Shown here in pieces: positions 41,347-50,076 of a DNA stretch of 64,000 bases (position 1 is its first letter; each line of letters begins with the position of its first letter). Under the pieces are notes generated by a model. The model was not told the origin of the DNA. It saw only the letters and a list, made by a program, of their open reading frames with translations, and searched no databases. The position numbers were made by a program, and so were the translations under genes. The stretch is from a virus: IMG/VR virus record IMGVR_UViG_3300045988_177154, positions 1 to 64,000 of that record, one strand, 5' to 3'.

Positions 41347-41757
41347 TTATAATTCAAGTTCATAAGTGACTTCATCATTGTTTGTTGTTTTGGTGCTATT
41401 AAATTTGTTATAAAAGTTAATAGCATTTTTATTTTTAATAGAGCAATTTAGTTTTAAGACTTTATTTTCATTTAGTAATTGCTGAATTACAGCAGTACCA
41501 TAATTCATTTTACGATACTCTGGTTTGATATACAGGTATCTTAAAATTTGAGAGTTACAAGGCGATAAGGAATAGAAACCCACAATATTGAAGTTTTCAT
41601 CATGAATGAAATAAGAGCAATCATCTAGTATTAAATCTTCAGCATAGTTCATAAATAAATTATCATGATAAGATTGCAATTCCTCATAAAAGTCACCCAA
41701 CAAATCATCAAACAAAAATATATTAGTTTGATTTGAGTAAATCTTTGAAACAATCAT
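41347..41757 (-). CDS. GNAT-family N-acetyltransferase-like protein
   Basis: LYIKPEYRKMNYGTAVIQQLL (motif A-like R..G.A) and AINFYNKFN near the C-terminus. 136 aa. Confidence 0.5.
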   Translation of the reverse strand: MIVSKIYSNQTNIFLFDDLLGDFYEELQSYHDNLFMNYAEDLILDDCSYFIHDENFNIVGFYSLSPCNSQILRYLYIKPEYRKMNYGTAVIQQLLNENKVLKLNCSIKNKNAINFYNKFNSTKTTNNDEVTYELEL

Positions 41758-41768
41758 AACTTATCCCC

Positions 41769-42137
41769 TTATTTAGAAAGCATTTTTTGGAAGAAGTTTT
41801 TTGGCTCTGGAAGATTTTGAGCATGAAATGATTCTAGCTTTTCTGTAAGAGTATCTGTTGCTACTGTAAGAGGGGATTTTGGAACAACTGATTTATATTC
41901 ATTTACGTTTTCCTTTTTTTCATCTTGATAGTCACAAAGATATAAATAGTCAGCATAGTATTTTAACTCATCATCAAAATTCATCATTCGAGCGAAGTCA
42001 GAAAACATGGAATTTTTCAAAAATGCGGGACTGTTACGCTCAGTTAGCCATTTGAAGTATAAATCATAAATGTAGCCAACAAGAATTTTTTCAGCTGCAG
42101 TCAATTCGTTATATTGTTTTTTGTTTGGAATAAACAT
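41769..42137 (-). CDS. hypothetical protein
   Basis: 122-aa ORF. Confidence 0.75.
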   Translation of the reverse strand: MFIPNKKQYNELTAAEKILVGYIYDLYFKWLTERNSPAFLKNSMFSDFARMMNFDDELKYYADYLYLCDYQDEKKENVNEYKSVVPKSPLTVATDTLTEKLESFHAQNLPEPKNFFQKMLSK

Positions 42138-42154
42138 ATTAGTACTCCTTTATC

Positions 42155-42814
42155 TTATAAAAAGCGTTCATAGTGGCCATCATGTAGGACACTTGCTTCG
42201 TAGTGGAAGTTACAGTAAGTGAGCAAATCTTCGATTCGTTTTTTAACAATTCGTTTAGTAGTTGTTTTATGAAGCGAAGTTAATTCTTTTAATTCATCTT
42301 GTGAGAATGAATAGTTCAAATCTTTTGCTATTTTCTCCACTTGCATACCACGTAGAGCCTTTTCCCAATTATCTGTAATGTGTAATCGAGTCATAGCTGG
42401 TTGGAAGTTTTCATCAGTTAAAGTGAAAGCTTCTTTAAACAAGTTTTTGATTTCTTCAATTGTTTCAAGTCGTTCTTTTGGAGTTTTATTTTTCAAGATA
42501 ACATCAAATTCATTTTGTAAATGATAAATGAAACGAGCTTCATCGTCAACTTCCATAGCATTAAGTAGAGCTTCAATTTCATCATCAGAATCATTAAAAT
42601 AAACTTTTGAGTAAAGACTATATTTAGCTTTAATAAGTTCTGCTTTATCCAAGATAGCTTTTTCTTTTTGATAAGCTTCAATAACAGAAGCAATAGTTCG
42701 CAAATCAGTAACGTCCATATTTTCATAGTCATTGAAAGATAAGATTGTTTCAATGTGTTGAGCTTTTTCTGAATTTTTCATTTCTGCAATTTTCTTTGTT
42801 AAATCAATAATCAT
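42155..42814 (-). CDS. hypothetical protein
   Basis: 219-aa ORF behind a TTGACA-17-TACTAT promoter at about 42849-42877. Confidence 0.8.
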   Translation of the reverse strand: MIIDLTKKIAEMKNSEKAQHIETILSFNDYENMDVTDLRTIASVIEAYQKEKAILDKAELIKAKYSLYSKVYFNDSDDEIEALLNAMEVDDEARFIYHLQNEFDVILKNKTPKERLETIEEIKNLFKEAFTLTDENFQPAMTRLHITDNWEKALRGMQVEKIAKDLNYSFSQDELKELTSLHKTTTKRIVKKRIEDLLTYCNFHYEASVLHDGHYERFL

Positions 42815-42924
42815 TTTTCATTCCTCATTTCATATTTCTTTTATAGTTATATAGTACAATAAAAATTTTACTTTGTCAACAATAAAATAAAAAAGAAAGT
42901 AACTTTTTTGTTACTTTCTTAATT

Positions 42925-43290
42925 TTAATATATAGAGGTTGTTGCAACTGCAATTTTCAAATTTGAGTTTTCAAGAGCACGATTTTTAGTCCATAAGTTA
43001 CAAACAGTATAAAACTTATCTCTTGTATCAATTTCTAAGTAGTAATCCTCATCTGGATAACGAATAAGTTCGTTTTTAATCATTAACAAGTTATTAGGAC
43101 TTGAATAATTCCATTTATCCCATTCTGCTTTGAATAAATTTGTTGAATATTCTAGTTTTTCTAAAACTTCAATCATTTTTTCTAAAACAGTATAATATTT
43201 AAATTTAATAAAAACCACACTGTTTTCAACTACAAATTTTTGAATTTTTTCGTCTAAATTTTGTGTGCTAATCCAATTTTCGTTAGTCAT
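42925..43290 (-). CDS. hypothetical protein (distant paralog of 45312..45686)
   Basis: ATG 43290 is preferred over the track's GTG at 43299 (GAAGGTG SD). Overlaps the upstream gene by 8 nt. Confidence 0.7.
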   Translation of the reverse strand: MTNENWISTQNLDEKIQKFVVENSVVFIKFKYYTVLEKMIEVLEKLEYSTNLFKAEWDKWNYSSPNNLLMIKNELIRYPDEDYYLEIDTRDKFYTVCNLWTKNRALENSNLKIAVATTSIY

Positions 43291-43591
43291 GTTGGTCACC
43301 TTCGAAAATTTTTGAAGTTCCTAAGAAGTAAGGAGCGATTGCTTCAAATTCTTCATCATTCATAACAACCATAGCTTTATCAACAATCATTGCTTGGATA
43401 GTAATGTTATCAGTCTTTAAATCAACTGGACATTCAGTAGCTACATAACGGACTGCTTCTGCCAAAACCCACGGGTCAAGATGATTTAGTAGTGCAATTG
43501 AGAAACCTTGCGTTAGAGCTCCATTTTCCTCAATATTTTTACGCAGTTCTGCTAAGCTTAATGCTTTTTTAGATTTCTTATCTGGCTTCAT
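43283..43591 (-). CDS. hypothetical protein
   Basis: 102-aa ORF with an AAGGAGAAA SD. Confidence 0.75.
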   Translation of the reverse strand: MKPDKKSKKALSLAELRKNIEENGALTQGFSIALLNHLDPWVLAEAVRYVATECPVDLKTDNITIQAMIVDKAMVVMNDEEFEAIAPYFLGTSKIFEGDQHD

Positions 43592-43592
43592 T

Positions 43593-43757
43593 TTATTTCT
43601 CCTTAATTGTTTTGATTGTTTTGTTTTCTAATTGAGCAACTAGTTTGAAATATTCATCTGCTAAATATTTATCAGTACCAACTGTTTCTCGTTTAGTTCC
43701 ATCAGTAAAGACACAAACAAAAGTTTTGATTTCATTGTTTAGTACTACATTGTTCAT
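43593..43757 (-). CDS. small protein (54 aa) missed by the ORF track
   Basis: MNNVVLNNEIKTFVCVFTDGTKRETVGTDKYLADEYFKLVAQLENKTIKTIKEK. AAGGAAG SD. First gene behind the promoter at 43791-43819. Confidence 0.65.
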   Translation of the reverse strand: MNNVVLNNEIKTFVCVFTDGTKRETVGTDKYLADEYFKLVAQLENKTIKTIKEK

Positions 43758-43790
43758 TGTTTATCTTCCTTTTCGTTTCTTTATAGTTAT

Positions 43791-43819
43791 ATAATACAAT
43801 AAACATTTTGTTTTGTCAA
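43791..43819 (-). promoter_or_regulatory. sigma-A-type promoter TTGACA-17-TATTAT with conserved leader
   Basis: Plus strand reads ATAATA (43791-43796) and TGTCAA (43814-43819). Confidence 0.8.
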
Positions 43820-43882
43820 CAACTTTTAATAAAAAATTTAAAAAATAAAAAGGTAGTTTCCACTACCTTTTAAATTGTTATT

Positions 43883-44272
43883 TTATTTTTCTAGCAACGC
43901 TGAATTTTCATGAATATTACCGATGATTGTCATAGATGAACCATCTTCAATCAATTCAGCTAAAGCAGACTTTTTGTTGTATGTTTTTGATTCAACCATA
44001 AACAAAGCATGTTCATTATCCCAAAATACAATTACTTTAACTAAACCATCTTTAGTTTCGGTTGCCAGAATATCACCATCAAAAATTTCTTTGCTATCTT
44101 TATCAAGCAATCCTGTTGATTGCATGAGAATAGCATCTTCATCTTCAAGATAAAAGTCATAAGAATAACCACATACACATCTTGTTTTGTCATTTTCAAA
44201 AACAAGAGCTTTGACTCTTAACATTCTTTTAACATCTGGGTCTGGCAGCCATACTCGAAATTTTGGTATCAT
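43883..44272 (-). CDS. YopX-family phage protein
   Basis: MIPKFRVW...IFDGDIL...IIGNIHEN pattern, typical of YopX-like proteins of Firmicute phages. Confidence 0.6.
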   Translation of the reverse strand: MIPKFRVWLPDPDVKRMLRVKALVFENDKTRCVCGYSYDFYLEDEDAILMQSTGLLDKDSKEIFDGDILATETKDGLVKVIVFWDNEHALFMVESKTYNKKSALAELIEDGSSMTIIGNIHENSALLEK

Positions 44273-44478
44273 TTATCTTCCTCCTCGTAAAACTCAATCT
44301 TACCAAAATGTTTTGGGTGTAGTGTTATCATAGTTTCAGTAGGTTCAATCTGTTGTAATTGGAGGCATTGTATATTACCCACTTCTAACCAACCTAACAT
44401 ATCAGTTATATGTTTGTAACTTTCCTTTACCTTTATTTCTTCCTCAAAGTAAGGATTTTTCAATATAATCTTGGTCAT
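44269..44478 (-). CDS. hypothetical protein
   Basis: 69-aa ORF that overlaps the next gene by 4 nt. Confidence 0.7.
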   Translation of the reverse strand: MTKIILKNPYFEEEIKVKESYKHITDMLGWLEVGNIQCLQLQQIEPTETMITLHPKHFGKIEFYEEEDK

Positions 44479-44487
44479 ATTATGCTC

Positions 44488-44802
44488 CTATTCAAAATTG
44501 TCGGCTGCATCTAAAACAGCATCTTCATCTTCATAATAGTTATAGTTATAATCATTGCTTTCTAATCCAATGTAAACTTCAAACAGAAGATACTCAATAG
44601 ATTCAAACGTTTCATCGTCAACACAAAATAAACAAACTTCGGTACCATCTTCTTGAATTGCTTTCTTTAAGAATGTTACCTTATCAAAGAGCGTTTTTAA
44701 AACTTCTTTGGCAGTTTGACTATCTTTGATAAGTGGATTTTCTTTAATCAAATATTGAAATGCTGTTTCTGGTTCTTCGTCCCAAAATCTTCCTTTAATC
44801 AT
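44488..44802 (-). CDS. hypothetical acidic protein
   Basis: 104-aa ORF. Confidence 0.7.
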   Translation of the reverse strand: MIKGRFWDEEPETAFQYLIKENPLIKDSQTAKEVLKTLFDKVTFLKKAIQEDGTEVCLFCVDDETFESIEYLLFEVYIGLESNDYNYNYYEDEDAVLDAADNFE

Positions 44803-44822
44803 ATTTTTAATCCTTTCTGAAA

Positions 44823-45071
44823 TTATAGTTCAACGTAACTTACACTAACTGGACAATTTTGTTGTTCTTCCAAAGCTTTTTCATAATTAGAGATAAAACT
44901 TTTGATTGTCTTTGGGTGGAGATTGATTTTACGATTATAGCTGTAACCAACTTCAAATGTGTAACGAGTTGCTTCAATCAATTCTTTTAATGTGCCTTCT
45001 AATGTGTAAGTACGAGTACGAGCCATGCCGTAAATATTTTTAGTAACTTGATAAATGTTTTCTTTTGCCAT
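44823..45071 (-). CDS. hypothetical protein
   Basis: 82-aa ORF behind a TTGACA promoter at about 45104-45132. Confidence 0.75.
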   Translation of the reverse strand: MAKENIYQVTKNIYGMARTRTYTLEGTLKELIEATRYTFEVGYSYNRKINLHPKTIKSFISNYEKALEEQQNCPVSVSYVEL

Positions 45072-45189
45072 TTGTATTTCCTCTTTTCATTTTTTACAAT
45101 CTTATTGTATAACAACTTTTTTACTTTGTCAACAATAAAAATCAAAAAATAAAAAATATTTTTCAAATGCTAAAATCTTTAATTCTTGG

Positions 45190-45310
45190 ATTGCTTAGAC
45201 TGAATTTTAATGTCGTTATATCGTCAATAACTGCATGCTAAGACTGAAAAACTGCAATTTCGATAAATGTATCGACTTTGCAGTAAAACAGCTTAGAGTT
45301 GCTTATTTTC
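45190..45310 (-). repeat. intergenic repeat family A, copy A6 (inverted orientation)
   Basis: The reverse complement reads GAAAATAAGCAACTCTAAGCTGTTTTACTGCAAAGTCGATACATTTATCGAAATTGCAGT...GACGATATAACGACATTAAAATTCAGTCTAAGC. Confidence 0.9.
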
Positions 45311-45311
45311 A

Positions 45312-45686
45312 TTAGATGTACAGATGGCCATTGTGAATATATTCTGATTTTTCTAACATTGTTCCATAAGCAACTTTTTGATTATTGAAAACACCTTTTT
45401 GTACATGATAGAAAGTGGATAAGTCAATAGTTTTTCTTTCAGTACAAATATTAAGCCATAAGGATTCATAACGCTTTTTCAAATCTTCTTCAACAACTTT
45501 CAGATTCATAATACTAGTCATATCTTCCTCTTCAGTCCATTCAGAATTATAGCCCAATTGTTCAATAGCTTTAAATAATTCAATGAATTTTTCATAGTTA
45601 TTAAACTCAACAAAAATCATTTTGTAACTTTCAAGATTATTGATAATTTCTTCTTTAGTAAGTTTATTACCCAAATATTTTTTCAT
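45312..45686 (-). CDS. hypothetical protein
   Basis: 124-aa ORF. Confidence 0.75.
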   Translation of the reverse strand: MKKYLGNKLTKEEIINNLESYKMIFVEFNNYEKFIELFKAIEQLGYNSEWTEEEDMTSIMNLKVVEEDLKKRYESLWLNICTERKTIDLSTFYHVQKGVFNNQKVAYGTMLEKSEYIHNGHLYI

Positions 45687-45700
45687 TTTAGTAAGCCTTT

Positions 45701-46012
45701 CTAATTCTTTTCAATTCCAATAGTTGTTTCAGACCAATTAACTGGATTCCAATAAGAAATTTCAAAATAATTTTCATTTTGAATCTGTTTATAGATTTCT
45801 TTAATGATTTTAGATTTCTTAGAAATGCTTTCATCAAAATAATCATAGTTAGAGCTTATTTTTAATTTATTAAATATTAAATGGCTCAAAATCAAATTTA
45901 AAATTTGAATAGTTGATTTTTCTTCATCTTGGATTAGATATTCTTCAGGTTGACCAGAATAATTCCATGTTCCGTAATGAGCAGATTGGATTGTTACAGT
46001 ATATCTATTCAT
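45701..46012 (-). CDS. hypothetical protein
   Basis: 103-aa ORF. Confidence 0.75.
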   Translation of the reverse strand: MNRYTVTIQSAHYGTWNYSGQPEEYLIQDEEKSTIQILNLILSHLIFNKLKISSNYDYFDESISKKSKIIKEIYKQIQNENYFEISYWNPVNWSETTIGIEKN

Positions 46013-46015
46013 TTT

Positions 46016-46231
46016 TTAACTTTCTATATAGATTCCATAAATAATTGTAGTTGTGTAATGATAATATTCTTGTCTGTTTGTATTGACAGAAATAGCAATA
46101 ACTTTAAATCCTTTTTCAGTAATACTATCAATAAAATCATTAACTTCTTTATCAAGTTTCCAAGGTGTGTCAGCATAGATGATTTTTTGTTGTGGAACAC
46201 GAACATTAGTAGGTATCATAATTGGCTTCAT
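46016..46231 (-). CDS. hypothetical protein, possibly Cse60/DUF2758-like
   Basis: 71-aa ORF. LDKEVNDFIDSITEKGFKVIAISVN...TTTIIYG loosely resembles the Cse60 pattern from memory. Confidence 0.6.
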   Translation of the reverse strand: MKPIMIPTNVRVPQQKIIYADTPWKLDKEVNDFIDSITEKGFKVIAISVNTNRQEYYHYTTTIIYGIYIES

Positions 46232-46346
46232 AATAAATTTCCTCTTTCTTTATTTCTACAACCATTGTACAACAAAAATCTTTCATTGTCAACTAAGAAG
46301 ATTTACAAAAATAAAAAAGTAGCTATACAGCTACTTAATTGTCAAA

Positions 46347-47024
46347 TCAATTTACAATATGTTGAGATTGTTGTTTTTTATCATCGTCCTTATGAACAAA
46401 AGCTTTTAATTCTGCGACAAAATCATCTGGCAATGTTACAATTACAGAAGCTTCACGCTCTTCAAGTACTTCTTTAATATAAGGACTCGTTACTTTGTAA
46501 GTCAAGTTAATTTCTTCAATTTCTGTATAGGGAAACTCTTGCTTTTCCTTAATGAAATTCACCAAATTCTCAATCTCAGTGTATTTCATAATTTCGCTAT
46601 TTCGGATTCCAACATTACTAATACCATTTGATTTGTAAACTAATCCATTCTTTTCAATTAAATAGATTACTTCGCTAAAATAACCAGTCTTAAAAGAGAT
46701 AGTATAACCTTCATCTCGTTTGAGAATTGTTCCAGTTGAGTAATATTTAGATGTGAGTTCGCTATTCCATTCCCAAAGACTTTTTAGAGTAAAGAAAACA
46801 CTAAAAAAGGAAATCATAGAACCCATACTATAAATCAAAATAAATATTGCAAAAATCATAATGTGTGTATTGCTATTTGATACAAGAATACTCCCTACAA
46901 CAGTAGTAAATATGCTTAATATAAATTCAAAGCAGATAGCAAGACGAAAATTATCTCCAGTCGTTGCATACTTTAATTGCACTTTATTTCTTTTTAGAAT
47001 TTCAATCAAAATCTTTGTAATCAT
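46347..47024 (-). CDS. membrane protein (two TM helices + cytoplasmic domain)
   Basis: 225-aa ORF. Confidence 0.75.
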   Translation of the reverse strand: MITKILIEILKRNKVQLKYATTGDNFRLAICFEFILSIFTTVVGSILVSNSNTHIMIFAIFILIYSMGSMISFFSVFFTLKSLWEWNSELTSKYYSTGTILKRDEGYTISFKTGYFSEVIYLIEKNGLVYKSNGISNVGIRNSEIMKYTEIENLVNFIKEKQEFPYTEIEEINLTYKVTSPYIKEVLEEREASVIVTLPDDFVAELKAFVHKDDDKKQQSQHIVN

Positions 47025-47031
47025 TTTTTCA

Positions 47032-48021
47032 TCAACCTTTCTTTCCTAGCAAACTCATATATTTTTCATAAATCACTTCATCAATAACTCGACTAGCAGA
47101 ATCAATCTTAGAAAAATCTGTAATTAAAGCAAGTACATCTTCATCTAGTTTATCTTTCTTGATAGCTTTTGCTGAAATACCATCATGTGCTTTCATATGT
47201 TGATAAATTGCTTCAACAATCTTCAAATGTGAATCACTTAAATCATCTTTGAATTTAACAAGAGCGTACATTGCTCCAACATATTGATGGTTTGCAAACA
47301 TACTATGTGAACCATGAACTTCAACAAAGTAATCATGTGCTACTCCTTTTGACTGAGAAGGTTTCTTAGTAATTCCTTTACCCAAATCATGCAATTCTGC
47401 CAAAGTAACAATTTCATCTTTTGTGTAATGAATTGATTCAGATTGAGCTTTAGCACCATCAATAGTCATTTGAATATGTGTGTCAACATCTTCGGCATGA
47501 TATGGAGAATCGTGCTTCATTCCTTTAATCATAGCAATTTCATCTTCAAAAGCTTTGTAATCACCAATAACTTCAATTTTATCACAATCAACACTAATAC
47601 GTGGCACTTGTAAGCTTTCATACATACGGCGAATAACACTTTCAGGTACTTTTGCAAATCCACTACGTTGAGCATTTTGTTCCAAAATAGTAGCAAGAGG
47701 TTTTACTAATACAATAGCTTCAATTTCTGTATATTTCTTGAATTGTTCATAAAATCCTTTACGAAGTTTACGATTCAAGTTAGTAGCGTCATAAAAGATA
47801 GTATCATATTGTTTAGACAAAAGAGCTTCTCTCATTCGCTCATGAAGTGTTTTGAAAACAACTGGAATAGCTTCAGGTGCATTACCAGCTTCCAAATCGC
47901 CAAACAATTCAATGCGTAATTCATCAGAAGATAGTACTAATGATTTTTCTGTTTTAACTTTTTGAATATATGTTGATTTTCCTACGCCAGCAACTCCAAT
48001 CAATACTTTAATCTTAGTCAT
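47032..48021 (-). CDS. P-loop (polynucleotide-kinase/AAA_33-like) kinase fused to an HD phosphohydrolase domain
   Basis: Walker A IGVAGVGKST at the N-terminus. HD signature LAELHDLGK and downstream His residues in the C-terminal half. Confidence 0.6.
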   Translation of the reverse strand: MTKIKVLIGVAGVGKSTYIQKVKTEKSLVLSSDELRIELFGDLEAGNAPEAIPVVFKTLHERMREALLSKQYDTIFYDATNLNRKLRKGFYEQFKKYTEIEAIVLVKPLATILEQNAQRSGFAKVPESVIRRMYESLQVPRISVDCDKIEVIGDYKAFEDEIAMIKGMKHDSPYHAEDVDTHIQMTIDGAKAQSESIHYTKDEIVTLAELHDLGKGITKKPSQSKGVAHDYFVEVHGSHSMFANHQYVGAMYALVKFKDDLSDSHLKIVEAIYQHMKAHDGISAKAIKKDKLDEDVLALITDFSKIDSASRVIDEVIYEKYMSLLGKKG

Positions 48022-48134
48022 TTTTCTTTACCTCGTTTCTATAATTCTATTATATGATATAATTTTCTGATTGTCTACATAAAAGTTGAAGAAAGAAGAA
48101 TAATATAACTATAAGTAAATAAAGGATTGAAAGA

Positions 48135-49898
48135 ATGAATAATAAAGAATTACTAAATGAAATATTACTTGAAAATTCAAATCTTAATGAAGCTCTAAAA
48201 GGAGCAGAATATACTTCACAAACCGAAGCAATTATCCAAATGTTAATGGGTAATAATGTTTTCCTTAGTGGCCCAGCGGGATCCGGTAAATCTTTCGTGA
48301 TTAGAAAATATTGCGAATTAGTTGAATCGTTTAATCCCAAAGTGAAAATCCATAAAACAAGTACTACTGGATTAAGTGCTATTAACATTGGTGGACAAAC
48401 TATTCAATCATTTTCAGGTATGGGTATTTATAAGCATACTTACGAAGATTATTTAAAATTACCGGGAGTTACAGATTCTGGCTTGTATAGAGGAAGTCTA
48501 TACAAAATTAGAAGTAGCCAAATCTTAATTATTGATGAAGTTTCTATGCTAAGTGCTAGAGATTTGCAATTTCTTGTAGATAGAATTAAAGACATTAAAA
48601 AGAATATTAAATACTTACAAATTATAGTATCTGGTGATTTTACTCAATTACAACCAGTTGCTACTAAAAAAGACATTGAAACATATGGCCAAGATTTAGC
48701 TGATTTTTGTTATGGAACTAAAGCTTGGGAAGAACTTAATTTCTCACTTTGCTATTTAGATAAAATCCAAAGAACAAGCGATAGAATATTGAAAGAATTA
48801 CTTGATAATATTTCTTTAGGAAATGGATTATCAAAAGAAGTGGCAGATACGATTAGAACTATTCCAATCTCTACTACTAAATACAAACCTGGTGTAGCAT
48901 TATTAGTTTCAACTAACTTCCAAGTAGACAAAATCAATGAAGATAATCACAAACTAAATAAAGGTGAATTATTTACTCATGAAACTTGGTGTAATCCAAG
49001 AACACCTGAAGATAGTGAAAAATACGCTTTTAGAGAATTAAAATTACCTGAAGTTCTAAGAGTTAAACATGGCGATACCATTATGATTACATCTAATGAA
49101 TCTGCAGCTATGCCGTATTCTACTCCACATATTAAATATATGTTAGATGATAAAGAGCGTTTAATTAGAACAAATGAAGCTAAACTTCTAAAGAATGGAA
49201 TGATTGGAACTTTTGAACTAATTGACCATGAACCTTACTTTAAATATTTCGATTCTGATTTAGATAAAACTTTCTATTATTTGCTAAGTGAAATTTACTA
49301 CACAAAAGAAGAAGTAACACCAGAGCAACTTAAGAGAAGAGAAGAATTAAAGAAAGGCATTAAAGAGAATGTTTTAAGTCATTATACTAAAGATGAGCAA
49401 AAAGCTTATAAGAAGAAAACAAACAAATGGTTAGTAGCACAAATTGATTCAGAAGTAGAAGATGAATTATTAAGAGCAACTAAAAAGAGTAAATTGTCAA
49501 TCATATTAGCAGAATGTACACAATATCCGATTAAGCTTGCTTATGCGATTTCAATTCATAAATCACAAGGACAAAGCTTTGATAATATTACTGTAGATTT
49601 AACTAATTGTTGGACTCCAGGTTTGGGTTATGTTGCATTATCAAGAGCAACTTCTCTTAAAGGAATTTCATTATTAAGAAATGCGACTAATGGAAAAGTA
49701 CTTAATAAAAATGCCATATTAGTAACAGATAAATCTATTGAAATTAAAAAAGATATTATGAGAAAAGCAAAAGAACTTAGAAAAGCAAATTTAGACTTTT
49801 ATAAGAAGTTATTTAATAATGAAATTGATTTCATAGAGTTACTTCAAGAAACAAGACCTAGAATTTTCCCTAAAATAGATGAAGATTCTCCATTTTAA
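48135..49898 (+). CDS. PIF1/RecD-family (SF1B) DNA helicase
   Basis: Walker A LSGPAGSGKSF, Walker B LIIDEVSMLS, C-terminal AISIHKSQGQSFD and YVALSRATSLKGISL. Confidence 0.8.
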   Translation: MNNKELLNEILLENSNLNEALKGAEYTSQTEAIIQMLMGNNVFLSGPAGSGKSFVIRKYCELVESFNPKVKIHKTSTTGLSAINIGGQTIQSFSGMGIYKHTYEDYLKLPGVTDSGLYRGSLYKIRSSQILIIDEVSMLSARDLQFLVDRIKDIKKNIKYLQIIVSGDFTQLQPVATKKDIETYGQDLADFCYGTKAWEELNFSLCYLDKIQRTSDRILKELLDNISLGNGLSKEVADTIRTIPISTTKYKPGVALLVSTNFQVDKINEDNHKLNKGELFTHETWCNPRTPEDSEKYAFRELKLPEVLRVKHGDTIMITSNESAAMPYSTPHIKYMLDDKERLIRTNEAKLLKNGMIGTFELIDHEPYFKYFDSDLDKTFYYLLSEIYYTKEEVTPEQLKRREELKKGIKENVLSHYTKDEQKAYKKKTNKWLVAQIDSEVEDELLRATKKSKLSIILAECTQYPIKLAYAISIHKSQGQSFDNITVDLTNCWTPGLGYVALSRATSLKGISLLRNATNGKVLNKNAILVTDKSIEIKKDIMRKAKELRKANLDFYKKLFNNEIDFIELLQETRPRIFPKIDEDSPF

Positions 49899-50028
49899 AG
49901 ACGAACAAGCTTTGCTAAATGAAATTTTGAATGTTCGTAAATCAGGCTGCAATGCTGTAAAATTATGGCTATAAATGTTCGTAAACTAGGCTACATTCTC
50001 GGCTAAACAGCGGCTAAAATGTTCGTCT
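49899..50028 (-). repeat. intergenic repeat family B, copy B2 (inverted relative to B1)
   Basis: Closed by the 11-bp helix AAAGACGAACA/TGTTCGTCTTT. Has three AATGTTCGT units and five GGCT(A) units. Confidence 0.8.
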
Positions 50029-50042
50029 TTTTAAAAAACAGA

Positions 50043-50073
50043 AAAACCACTTAGATTTTTGTCTGAGTGGTTT
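50043..50073. terminator. hairpin terminator between convergent genes
   Basis: AAACCACTTAGA-tttttg-TCTGAGTGGTTT stem. Confidence 0.7.
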
Positions 50074-50076
50074 CTT

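Noticed and set aside
45950-46477. A 175-aa plus-strand ORF spanning three minus-strand genes and a promoter region.
   Set aside because: It is antisense to well-supported co-oriented genes (45701..46012, 46016..46231, 46347..47024). Its product is a Phe/Ile/Asn/Leu-rich translation typical of the reverse strand of AT-rich coding DNA, and it has no SD.
48050-48388. A 112-aa minus-strand ORF overlapping the 5' end of the helicase gene.
   Set aside because: It runs antisense through the helicase Walker A region and its promoter and leader, and its product is hydrophobic nonsense. The same reasoning applies to the following track ORFs:
- 1406..1594, 4670..4897, 6139..6354, 6629..6823, 12419..12670, 14846..15031
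- 23549..23761, 24594..24815, 26323..26526, 26656..26889, 26837..27040, 27903..28148
- 31912..32109, 34590..34811, 35348..35563, 37223..37405, 38442..38663, 39629..39889
- 41059..41328, 41183..41365, 42493..42753, 43923..44153, 46024..46206, 46861..47049
- 48752..48937, 52286..52477, 54820..55002, 55401..55628, 58008..58226, 61257..61460
- 61770..61973, 62237..62506, 62456..62749, 62933..63121
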